Source of the DNA: Nanopusillaceae archaeon
Lineage (GTDB): Archaea > Nanobdellota > Nanobdellia > Nanobdellales > Nanobdellaceae
DNA: 19,447 nt
Direction of reading: 5' to 3'
Assembly: GCA_038735675.1 (NCBI GenBank)
Contig: JAVYNJ010000011.1
Span: 1 to 19,447, forward strand
This document shows, piece by piece, positions 1-7,415 of this stretch. A program made the position numbers and the translations under genes. The number at the start of each line of letters is the position of its first letter. Positions within the stretch are counted from its first letter, which is position 1. Under the pieces are notes generated by a model that searched no databases, was not told the origin of the DNA, and saw nothing but the letters and a program-made list of their open reading frames with translations.

Positions 1-383
1 AATCCATCTCTTCCAATTTTTATATTTTTTACATAATCTTCAGGATTATCTACTTTAATTAATTCAGGTTCACTTAAAATGTTAATTTCTATTATTACTT
101 CTTTTAATTCTTCCAATTTCAAAGGTTCGAATCTCGGATCTTCTGTAGCAGCAGAGATAGCAGATAAAACTAAAGCTTTCCATAATGGATATATAGGATA
201 AGGGAAACCAATACATCCTCTCAGTTCATTATTTTTATATTTTTTTATAGTAGTAAATATGCCTCTTTTTTCACTATATTTTTTTATTTCTTCTGGAAAT
301 ATAGTTTTTCCAGTTTTTAAATAATTTTCAATCACTTTTCTAGCAGTCTTAACAAATATTTTTCCATCTTCTAAGCTATACAT
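1..383 (-). CDS. AMMECR1-domain protein. The N-terminus is complete and the C-terminus runs off the window edge.
   Basis: My own minus-strand translation from the ATG at 383-381 stays open to position 1: MYSLEDGKIFVKTARKVIENYLKTGKTIFPEEIKKYSEKRGIFTTIKKYKNNELRGCIGFPYPIYPLWKALVLSAISAATEDPRFEPLKLEEL... The LRGCIG and EDPRF motifs are the AMMECR1 hallmarks. It is absent from the ORF track because it is edge-truncated. Confidence 0.8.
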   Translation of the reverse strand, partial: MYSLEDGKIFVKTARKVIENYLKTGKTIFPEEIKKYSEKRGIFTTIKKYKNNELRGCIGFPYPIYPLWKALVLSAISAATEDPRFEPLKLEELKEVIIEINILSEPELIKVDNPEDYVKNIKIGRDG

Positions 384-414
384 AATTTTTAAATGTAAAA
401 ATTATTTATAAGAT

Positions 415-870
415 ATGGTTTGGTTCGTTGGAAGAAAAAGAAGAAGATGGGATATAGATGATATATTTGATTATATAGATATGCAAATATTCAGAATGTT
501 TGATATATTTAGAAAAGGATTTAGAGATTTTTGGTATGAAGGATATCCAGAATTTTTAGGAGAATATAATTTAATTGAAGATGAAAAAAAATATATTTTA
601 GAGATCGGATTGCCGGGTGTTGATAAAAAAGATATAGATATAGAAGTAAAGGATAATCATTTAATAATATCCATTAGAAAAAAGGCTAAAGAAGAAAAGA
701 AAGAAGAAGGATTTTATATTAGCAAGAGATATTATTCCGGTTTTAGAAAAGTAATTCCGCTTCCTCCAGATGCAGATACAGATAAAATTAAAGCAAAGTA
801 TGAAAATGGAATATTAAGAATAGAAATAGAAAGAATTCCGTCTGGAGGAAAGAAAATAAATCTGGATTAA
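415..870 (+). CDS. Small heat-shock protein (Hsp20 / alpha-crystallin family)
   Basis: Alpha-crystallin domain pattern: YILEIGLPGVDKKDIDIEVKDNHLIISI...FRKVIPLPPDADTDKIKAKYENGILRIEI. An internal Met (MQIFRMF) is an alternative start. Confidence 0.9.
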   Translation: MVWFVGRKRRRWDIDDIFDYIDMQIFRMFDIFRKGFRDFWYEGYPEFLGEYNLIEDEKKYILEIGLPGVDKKDIDIEVKDNHLIISIRKKAKEEKKEEGFYISKRYYSGFRKVIPLPPDADTDKIKAKYENGILRIEIERIPSGGKKINLD

Positions 871-886
871 TTTTTTTATTTTTTTA

Positions 887-1822
887 ATGATTATAGATGA
901 CATTCTAAATGGAGCATTAAATCATATTAAAAAAATAATAGATAAAAATTATAAGATTCAATCTTTGAAAAGATACGATTCTTTAAGAGATTATTTAGAT
1001 TACAAATTTTTAGAGTTAATTAATCTATTTCCGAAAAAAAATACAAATAAATTTTATTTAGAGCTTTTAGATCTATATATTCCTATTGAAAAAGTTTTTG
1101 AGGCAAAAAGAAGATTAATTTTCATAAGAAAAAAAATTAATGAATTTTATAGAAATTACAAGTTAAAAGTAAAAGTATATAAAAATAAAGAGGATATTAG
1201 AAGATTAAATAAAGAATTTTACGGAAGAGTGTTTAGTTTATTAAAAAGAAACAAAAAATATTTCAATATTGTAGAAACAATTAAAGAATTTTATAGAAAC
1301 ATGCCAAGAATAAAAGATTTGCCAACAGTTGTTATTACTGGATTACCAAATGTTGGAAAAAGTACTCTATTAAAAAAATTAACTGGTTCTGAGCCAGAAA
1401 TAAGCAATTATCCATTTACAACCAAAGATATAATGATAGGATACATAAAAACTCCGTATTCTGATATTCAAGTTTTAGATGTTCCGGGAATTTTAGATAG
1501 AGAAATTACTAAGATGAATGAAATAGAAAAAAGGGCAATATTAGCGTTAAAATATCTAGCAAATATAATAGTCTTTGTAATTGATGTTACAGAAACATGT
1601 GGTTATAAAATTGAAGAACAAGAAAACGTTTTAAGAAGAATTTTGAAGCTATTTAAAGCAAAAACTTATTTATATTTTTCAAAAGCAGATTTATTTTCTG
1701 AAAAAGAAAGAAAGATTTTTGAAGAAATATCTAAAAAATACAATCTTCCATATTATAAAGACTCAGAAACTCTTAAAGAAGAAATTATAAATTTTATAAA
1801 ACAAAACAAAATATTTAAATAA
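887..1822 (+). CDS. NOG1-like / Obg-HflX-superfamily GTPase (ribosome-biogenesis type)
   Basis: G1 GLPNVGKST, G2 region NYPFTTKD, G3 DVPG and G4-like SKAD are present. The long helical N-terminal domain resembles archaeal Nog1 homologues. Confidence 0.8.
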   Translation: MIIDDILNGALNHIKKIIDKNYKIQSLKRYDSLRDYLDYKFLELINLFPKKNTNKFYLELLDLYIPIEKVFEAKRRLIFIRKKINEFYRNYKLKVKVYKNKEDIRRLNKEFYGRVFSLLKRNKKYFNIVETIKEFYRNMPRIKDLPTVVITGLPNVGKSTLLKKLTGSEPEISNYPFTTKDIMIGYIKTPYSDIQVLDVPGILDREITKMNEIEKRAILALKYLANIIVFVIDVTETCGYKIEEQENVLRRILKLFKAKTYLYFSKADLFSEKERKIFEEISKKYNLPYYKDSETLKEEIINFIKQNKIFK

Positions 1823-2451
1823 TGAAAATTTTAGCAATTTCAGATATTCATAATGATCAAATATTAATTAGAAAGTTAATAAAATTTATAAAGGAAGAAA
1901 ATCCAAATTATCTTTTTATTTTAGGAGATTTGGCAGATTTTGGAGAATTAAGAAAAGGTATTGTAAATGTTTTAACTAAATATTTTGATTCAAATAAAAT
2001 ATTTTTTGTTCCAGGAAATCATGAGACTCCAGATATATTAGAAATATTAGAAAAGAAATATAATATAAAAATTTTTCATAAAAAGTTTTTTGAATATAAA
2101 GATTTAATAATTGCTGGGATTGGAGGAGCAGATATACCTTTTTTTGTAATCTCAGAAAATGAAATAAGAAATTTTTTATATGAAATTTTTGAAAAGTTTA
2201 AGGATAAAAAAATAATTCTCTTTTCACATTTACCACCAAAAGGATCAAAAACATCTTTAAATATCTCTGGAAGTGAAATTTTATATGATTTTTTAAAAAA
2301 ATCAAAAATTTCAATGGTAATCCATGGTCATATTCATGAAACTGGAGGTTTAGATGAAATTATAAATAAATCTTTAGTTTTAAATGTTGCTAGAAGCATT
2401 TTTTTAATTGAAATAGACAGAGAAAAAATAGAATTTAAGAAACTTTTATAG
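1822..2451 (+). CDS. Calcineurin-like metallophosphoesterase
   Basis: Motifs ISDIHND, GDLADFG, GNHE and HGHIHE. The start ATG shares one base with the upstream TAA stop (TAATG). Confidence 0.8.
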   Translation: MKILAISDIHNDQILIRKLIKFIKEENPNYLFILGDLADFGELRKGIVNVLTKYFDSNKIFFVPGNHETPDILEILEKKYNIKIFHKKFFEYKDLIIAGIGGADIPFFVISENEIRNFLYEIFEKFKDKKIILFSHLPPKGSKTSLNISGSEILYDFLKKSKISMVIHGHIHETGGLDEIINKSLVLNVARSIFLIEIDREKIEFKKLL

Positions 2452-2460
2452 CAAAAGTAA

Positions 2461-2469
2461 AAATATAAA
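2461..2469 (+). promoter_or_regulatory. Candidate TATA box for nrdJ (leaderless geometry)
   Basis: AAATATAAA is centred about 26 nt upstream of the ATG at 2491. Specificity is low in DNA this AT-rich. Confidence 0.35.
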
Positions 2470-2490
2470 CATAAAAATACATAGAATATA

Positions 2491-5208
2491 ATGTCTTATC
2501 CGCCCATAAGGGTAAAAAAGGTTATAAAGAGAGATGGTAGAATTGTAGATTTTGATCCTTATAGAATAGAATATGCAATAGAAAGAGCAATGTTGGCTGC
2601 AGGATTTTATAATAAAGAATTATTAAAAAAAATAACAGAATTTGTTTTAAAGATTTTAGATGAAAAATTTATTGATAAAATACCGACAGTAGAAGAAATA
2701 CAAGATATTGTGGAATATTCTTTAATAAAATTTGACCTTTATGAAGTAGCTAAGAAATATATAACATATAGAAAAGAAAAGGAAAAAATTAGAGAAGAAA
2801 AAATAAGACTTTTGGGAAAATTTTATGAAGAAGAAGTAGCAAAAAGATTTTCAGTTAATGCTATAAGATTGATGGTTGATAGATACTTGTTAAAAGACGA
2901 AAATGGAAAATTGATAGAAGGACCAAAACAAATGTTCGAAAGGGTTGCAGCATTAATAGTAATTCCAGATATATTGTATGATCCAGAAGTATATGATAAA
3001 GAAGGGAAACAAACTATAAAACCAAAAGAAGATTTTAATCCAGAAGAATTTGAAGGAAAAATAGGATTGAAAAAAACAGAAAATGGATATTTGGTAAAAT
3101 GGAATAAATATCATTTAGAAAGAATGAAATATTTATATGATTATTTGAATGAAAGAGGACACATGAAAATTACATGGAAGGAATTGTTAAATAAAATTGA
3201 GAACGGAGATTTCGATAAGTATTATGATAATTATTTAAATTATTATAATTTGATGGTTCAAAAAAAATTTTTACCAAATTCTCCAACTCTTTTTAATGCT
3301 GGAGCAAGATTAGGACAATTATCTGCTTGTTTTGTTTTACCAATAGATGATGATATGAAATCTATTATGGAATGTGCTACAAATGCGGCATTAATATTTA
3401 AATCTGGTGGCGGTGTAGGAGTAAATTTTTCTTTCTTAAGACCTGAAGGAGATGTTGTTGCTTCGACTGCTGGAGTTGCATCAGGACCTGTTTCTTTTAT
3501 GAGAATAATAGATGTTATCACAGATGTTGTAAAACAAGGAGGGAAGAGAAGAGGGGCAAATATGGGTATTTTAGAAGTTTGGCATCCAGATATAATGAAA
3601 TTTATTCATTCTAAAGAAAAAGAGGGAGTTTTAGAAAACTTTAATATTTCTGTATTAATAACTCCAGATTTTTGGGAATATTATGAAAAAAATAAAAATT
3701 ATCCTTTATTAAATCCGAGAATATTAAGGAAATATAATTGTGCATTTCCTGGAGATAGCAATTTTAATATAGATAAAATACCGGCCGAAGCTATAGTAAG
3801 TTATGTCAATCCAAGAAATCTTTTAGAAGAAATAGCTTATATGGCATGGAAGACGGGAGATCCGGGATGTTTGTTTATGGATCATATGAACTCTAATAAT
3901 TTACTTTATAATTATAAAGGACCAATTAGAGCTACAAATCCATGTGGAGAACAACCCTTATATCCTTTTGAATCATGTAATTTAGGTTCTATTAATTTAT
4001 ATGCAATGATTAAATTTAAGGATGGAAAAGCATATTTTGATTGGGAGGAATATAAAGAAACTATAAAATGGGCTTATAGATTTTTAGATAATGTAATTGA
4101 TGTAAATACCTATCCAGTAAAGGAAGTAGAAGAAAATACAAAAGCTACAAGAAGAATAGGCTTAGGATATATGGGTTTAGCAGATGCTATGTATGCTTTA
4201 GAAATACCTTATTCTTCTGAAGACGGATTTAAATTTATTATGAAAGTTTCAGAATGGTTAACATATTACTCTATGCTGGAATCTGTTGAAAGAGCAAAAG
4301 AAAGAGGAGTATTTCCACTTTATATTTACTCTGAATATAAAAATGGAAAAATGCCTGTAGATGGATATTATAAAAGGGAAATTTGGACATTAGATTGGGA
4401 TTACTTAGCTAAAGAAATTCAGAAATACGGAATTAGGAATCTTACTGTGACTACAATAGCTCCAACAGGATCTATATCTATGTTATTGGACGTATCATCT
4501 GGAATTGAACCACAATATGCTTTGGTTTATGAAAAAAGAGTTACTGCAGGAAGTTTTTATTATATTGATGTAGAATTGGAGAGACAACTAAAAATAAAAG
4601 GGTTATATAAGGAAGAAATATTAAAAAAGATATCGGAAAATGGAGGTAGTTTATTAGGAATAGAGGAAATACCTATTGATTTAAAAAGAGTTTTTCTAAC
4701 AGCTTTAGATATTCCATGGTGGGATCACGTTAGAGCTCAAGCAGCAGCACAAATATGGATTACAAATACAATATCAAAAACTATAAATATGCCAAATTGG
4801 ATGACAAAGGAAGATGTATTAGGAGCTTATATGTTAGCTTATAAGCTAAAATGCAGAGGAATTACTGTTTTTAGAGAAGGTTGCAAATCAAAGCAAGTTT
4901 ATTATACAAGTGCAGAAGCAAGTAAGAAAAGAATAGAAGAATATTTAAAAATGGTTGAGAGTGGAATTATTGAAAATAAAACTATTGAAATTTTGAAAGA
5001 GTTAAAGATCGAATTACCAAATTGGTACAATTCTCTAAAATCTGGAGAAAGCATAAAAATTAAGATTTTGGATAAAAAATTAGATAAAGATATAAAAGAA
5101 GTTGATGATGTTAAAAGATGTCCAAATTGTAATAGTGAGAAATTAGTAAATCAATCTGGATGTTTAATGTGTATGGATTGTGGATGGTCTGTTTGTATAG
5201 TATCTTAA
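2491..5208 (+). CDS. nrdJ: Class II (adenosylcobalamin-dependent) ribonucleoside reductase with an N-terminal ATP-cone and a C-terminal Zn-ribbon
   Basis: ATP-cone VIKRDGRIVDFDPYRIEYAIERA. Catalytic core LPNSPTLFNAG, SACFVLP, NPCGEQPL, SCNLGSINL and APTGSIS. C-terminal CPNCNS...CLMCMDCGW. Confidence 0.93.
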   Translation: MSYPPIRVKKVIKRDGRIVDFDPYRIEYAIERAMLAAGFYNKELLKKITEFVLKILDEKFIDKIPTVEEIQDIVEYSLIKFDLYEVAKKYITYRKEKEKIREEKIRLLGKFYEEEVAKRFSVNAIRLMVDRYLLKDENGKLIEGPKQMFERVAALIVIPDILYDPEVYDKEGKQTIKPKEDFNPEEFEGKIGLKKTENGYLVKWNKYHLERMKYLYDYLNERGHMKITWKELLNKIENGDFDKYYDNYLNYYNLMVQKKFLPNSPTLFNAGARLGQLSACFVLPIDDDMKSIMECATNAALIFKSGGGVGVNFSFLRPEGDVVASTAGVASGPVSFMRIIDVITDVVKQGGKRRGANMGILEVWHPDIMKFIHSKEKEGVLENFNISVLITPDFWEYYEKNKNYPLLNPRILRKYNCAFPGDSNFNIDKIPAEAIVSYVNPRNLLEEIAYMAWKTGDPGCLFMDHMNSNNLLYNYKGPIRATNPCGEQPLYPFESCNLGSINLYAMIKFKDGKAYFDWEEYKETIKWAYRFLDNVIDVNTYPVKEVEENTKATRRIGLGYMGLADAMYALEIPYSSEDGFKFIMKVSEWLTYYSMLESVERAKERGVFPLYIYSEYKNGKMPVDGYYKREIWTLDWDYLAKEIQKYGIRNLTVTTIAPTGSISMLLDVSSGIEPQYALVYEKRVTAGSFYYIDVELERQLKIKGLYKEEILKKISENGGSLLGIEEIPIDLKRVFLTALDIPWWDHVRAQAAAQIWITNTISKTINMPNWMTKEDVLGAYMLAYKLKCRGITVFREGCKSKQVYYTSAEASKKRIEEYLKMVESGIIENKTIEILKELKIELPNWYNSLKSGESIKIKILDKKLDKDIKEVDDVKRCPNCNSEKLVNQSGCLMCMDCGWSVCIVS

Positions 5209-5242
5209 TTTTTTAATTATTTTTTTCATTAAAAATTATAAT

Positions 5243-5314
5243 GGGCCCGTAGTCTAGCGGTAGGATGCCGGCCTTGCAAGCCGGAGATCCCGGGTTCAAA
5301 TCCCGGCGGGTCCA
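5243..5314 (+). tRNA. tRNA-Ala (anticodon UGC)
   Basis: Hand-folded cloverleaf:
- Acceptor GGGCCCG/CGGGUCC with the G3.U70 alanine identity pair.
- Anticodon stem CCGGC/GCCGG with loop CUUGCAA.
- T arm CCGGG-UUCAAAU-CCCGG.
- Discriminator A, no encoded CCA and no intron.

It is strongly GC-rich. Confidence 0.95.
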
Positions 5315-5316
5315 GA

Positions 5317-5325
5317 TTTTTTTTT
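5317..5325 (+). terminator. Oligo-T tract (T9) directly after tRNA-Ala
   Basis: The T run begins 3 nt after the discriminator base. Archaeal RNAP terminates at oligo-T. It overlaps the stop codon of the convergent EncFtn-like gene. Confidence 0.45.
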
Positions 5326-5581
5326 ATTTAAAAAGTCTTTCTTTTAATTCTTTTTCTAAAGCCGGATCCTTTTTAGATAACCAATTTAATAACATTGCTA
5401 TATGTTCCTTTTCGTCATCTCTATTATGAATTAATATATTTCTTAATTCCTCGTCTTCTACATATAGAAGCTTTTCATCATAGGATATTATAGCTTCAAT
5501 TTCTTCAATTAAAGCTTCTCTAGCTATATTTAATTCTATAGTTTCTATTTCAGAAACTTCATTTTTTTCTTTTTTCACCAT
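5324..5581 (-). CDS. Encapsulated-ferritin-like (EncFtn family) small ferritin-like protein, core domain only
   Basis: LIEEIEAIISY...LRNILIHNRDDEKEHIAMLLNWL...LFK resembles bacterial EncFtn cores as I recall them (approximate pattern LIEELEA...WY...LIHNKNEEVEH..L.EW), including the Glu...ExxH ferroxidase ligands. Confidence 0.7.
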   Translation of the reverse strand: MVKKEKNEVSEIETIELNIAREALIEEIEAIISYDEKLLYVEDEELRNILIHNRDDEKEHIAMLLNWLSKKDPALEKELKERLFK

Positions 5582-5596
5582 TAAAAATATTTAGCA

Positions 5597-6439
5597 TTAA
5601 ACTTTTATATTTTCAAAAACCTTTTCATAAATTTCTTTTAATTTAGATGGGATAACATGTGTATATATTTGAGTTATTGAAAGTGAAGAATGTCCTAAAA
5701 TTTCTTGAATATATCTTATATCAACTCCATTAGATAGAAGCATTGTAGCTAATGAATGTCTAAGTACATGGGGGGTTACTTTTTTATTTATATTTGCTAA
5801 TTTAGCATATTTTTTAACTATTCTTTCAACTTGTCTTGTGGAAATATTAAATAGTTTTTCATCTTTTAGATTTTGAATATAACTATTCAATTCTTCTATT
5901 AAAAATTTAGGAATCGGGATCATTCTTTCTTTACCACCTTTTCCATAAACTCTTATAAATCCCTCCTTTATTAAGACATCTTCTTTTTTTAAATTTACCA
6001 ATTCAGACACTCTAACTCCAGTATAAAATAATAACAATAAAATTAATTTATCTCTTTTCTTTTTAACAAAACTTAATAAATGGTTAAATTCATCGAAAGT
6101 AATATATTTCGGTAATTTTTTATCAACTCTTGGAACTTTTAAATCTTTTATAATATCTGGTCTATCTAAAAACTTTAGAAAGGAAGAAAGAGATCTTATA
6201 TAAAGTCTTATAGAATTTGGATCCAAATTTTTCTTTGTTTTAATTTCTGCAAGAAATCTTATTATTAAATTTTTATTTAAATTTTCTTTAAGAAAGTCAA
6301 CATTTATATCATTCTTTGAAAAAATATTTGAAAGATATTCTAAAAATTTTCTTATAGGAATGGAATAAGTTTTTATGGTATTTTTAGATTTTCCTTGCAA
6401 CTCTAACCATATTTTATATTCCTCTAAAATATTATTCAT
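5597..6439 (-). CDS. xerA: Tyrosine recombinase, XerA/XerCD-like
   Basis: N-terminal SAM-like core-binding domain (WLELQGKSKNTIKTY). Catalytic residues: TGVRVSEL (Arg), HVLRHSLAT (HxxR) and GHSSLSITQIYTH (His/Tyr). Confidence 0.85.
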   Translation of the reverse strand: MNNILEEYKIWLELQGKSKNTIKTYSIPIRKFLEYLSNIFSKNDINVDFLKENLNKNLIIRFLAEIKTKKNLDPNSIRLYIRSLSSFLKFLDRPDIIKDLKVPRVDKKLPKYITFDEFNHLLSFVKKKRDKLILLLLFYTGVRVSELVNLKKEDVLIKEGFIRVYGKGGKERMIPIPKFLIEELNSYIQNLKDEKLFNISTRQVERIVKKYAKLANINKKVTPHVLRHSLATMLLSNGVDIRYIQEILGHSSLSITQIYTHVIPSKLKEIYEKVFENIKV

Positions 6440-6504
6440 ATAAATTTATATTTGGAATTTCTAAAATTAAAAATATTAAAAATTAAGATTATTTTTATTA
6501 TTAT

Positions 6505-6618
6505 ACCCTGCCTGCCATGCACTGGGGATTGATGAACCAGTTCCTCCGGGCAGGGTACAATAATGGGGAAGTTGGCTTGACCCTGAAGGATGATGAATAC
6601 GGCTACGCCGACTTTTTT
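6505..6618 (+). ncRNA. Candidate L7Ae-binding sRNA. It has an H/ACA-type guide hairpin with an ACA box, a second hairpin carrying a box D'/C'-like K-loop, and a T6 terminator.
   Basis: GC island with no credible ORF.
- **Hairpin 1:** lower stem 6505-6514/6547-6556; pocket 6515-6520 and 6542-6546; upper stem 6521-6525/6537-6541; K-loop GGAUUGAUGAA 6526-6536; ACA 6557-6559.
- **Hairpin 2:** stem 6571-6576/6607-6612 containing CUGA-AGGAU-GAUGA (6583-6596).
- **Terminator:** T6 at 6613-6618.

The ends are approximate. Confidence 0.55.
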
Positions 6619-7064
6619 GGAATATCAATTATTTCACAATTATTATTTTTTATTATATCTTCAACTCTTATTTTCAATAAATGTCTCTCATCACCTCCAC
6701 CAGTGTAAACTATATCTTCATTTAACAATTCTTTATCTATATATATTTTGAAATTTATGTCAAATGGTGCTACCCCTCCAACTTTATATCCAGTATATTT
6801 AATAACCTCTTCTGGTGTTGCCAATCTAATATCTTTAACATTTAAAATTTTAGCTAATTTTTTCTGATTAACTCTATAAATTGATCTTAGAACTACAATT
6901 ACTGGTTCATTTTTATCATTAACAAATACGATAGTTTTAACAACTTTATTAATATCTATCATACTATCTATATTTTTAGATTTAGATACATCTTGAAATT
7001 TTAAAAATTCATGAGATATCCCTTTATTTTTTAAATAAATTTCTAAAGTTTCTTTATTTTTCAT
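6603..7064 (-). CDS. YbaK/ProX-type aminoacyl-tRNA trans-editing deacylase
   Basis: YbaK-domain pattern: VKTIVF...PVIVVLRS..RVNQKKLAKIL......LATPEEVIKYTGYKVGGVAPF...IYIDKEL. Confidence 0.8.
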   Translation of the reverse strand: MKNKETLEIYLKNKGISHEFLKFQDVSKSKNIDSMIDINKVVKTIVFVNDKNEPVIVVLRSIYRVNQKKLAKILNVKDIRLATPEEVIKYTGYKVGGVAPFDINFKIYIDKELLNEDIVYTGGGDERHLLKIRVEDIIKNNNCEIIDIPKKSA

Positions 7065-7106
7065 TAAATATAAAAAAACAAAATAAAATATATTAAAAAA
7101 TAAAGT

Positions 7107-7331
7107 TTATCCCTTCAATTCTTTGTAAGCCATTTTTACGTCCTCTTCTTGTATTGTTTTTCTTCCTGCATGCTTTGCAAACTCTACAGCTCTTGCTGCT
7201 ATTTTATCTGCAATTTCAACAATGGAGTCCACAAAAGTTCTCTTTGCATCTTCAGATACTCTGCTAGCTCCTGCCCTTCTTAAGATTCTATACAAAGGTG
7301 CAATTGGTATGGGTGTTACTCTCTTCGCCAT
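7107..7331 (-). CDS. Archaeal histone (HMf-type histone fold)
   Basis: 74 aa. IPIAPLYRILRRAGASRVSEDAKRTFVDSIVEIADKIAARAVEFAKHAGRKTIQEEDVKMA is a complete histone fold. The gene is visibly more GC-rich than its neighbours. Confidence 0.92.
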   Translation of the reverse strand: MAKRVTPIPIAPLYRILRRAGASRVSEDAKRTFVDSIVEIADKIAARAVEFAKHAGRKTIQEEDVKMAYKELKG

Positions 7332-7350
7332 AATTAATAATTCTATTTTG

Positions 7351-7360
7351 AATATAAAAA
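7351..7360 (-). promoter_or_regulatory. Candidate TATA box for the histone gene
   Basis: The minus strand reads TTTTTATATT, centred about 25 nt upstream of the ATG at 7331. Confidence 0.4.
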
Positions 7361-7415
7361 TCTTTTTGTTTTAATGGAGTTTCCAACATATTTTACTTTT
7401 AACATTTCAATAACG

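Noticed and set aside
2452-2490. Possible cobalamin riboswitch or other leader upstream of the B12-dependent nrdJ
   Set aside because: The spacer is only 39 nt and almost pure A/T, so it has no room or base-pairing potential for a structured leader. The geometry fits a leaderless promoter.
2491-5208. Possible intein or split-gene architecture in the 905-aa ribonucleotide reductase
   Set aside because: The catalytic motifs appear in the normal order with ordinary spacing. There is no Cys/Ser...His-Asn-Cys splice-junction block or homing-endonuclease motif. The extra length is explained by the ATP-cone, the known archaeal N-terminal insertion and the C-terminal Zn-ribbon.
6563-6612. Reading the second hairpin as a stand-alone box C/D sRNA (D' CUGA 6583-6586, C' UGAUGA 6591-6596)
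   Set aside because: The required terminal C and D boxes would fall at about 6564-6570 (UGGGGAA) and about 6608-6611 (CCGA). The C-box candidate lacks the essential GA. Terminal boxes are normally better conserved than internal ones, so I kept it as part of the composite sRNA instead.
6505-6618. Alternative identities for the GC island: RNase P RNA, SRP RNA, or a split-tRNA half as in Nanoarchaeum equitans
   Set aside because: About 110 nt is far too short for RNase P or SRP RNA, and the conserved P4/CR-I or SRP domain IV motifs are not visible on either strand. No T-arm (GGTTCRAAT-like) or acceptor/anticodon arrangement of a tRNA half is present. The two K-loops plus ACA fit an L7Ae-type sRNA better.
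6517-6708. Track ORF of 63 aa on the + strand (MHWGLMNQFLRAGYNNGEVGLTLKDDEYGYADFF...)
   Set aside because: Its first half is just the stop-free GC-rich sRNA island, and its second half is antisense to the well-supported ybaK-like CDS. It has no motif and an odd composition, so it is most likely an artefact.
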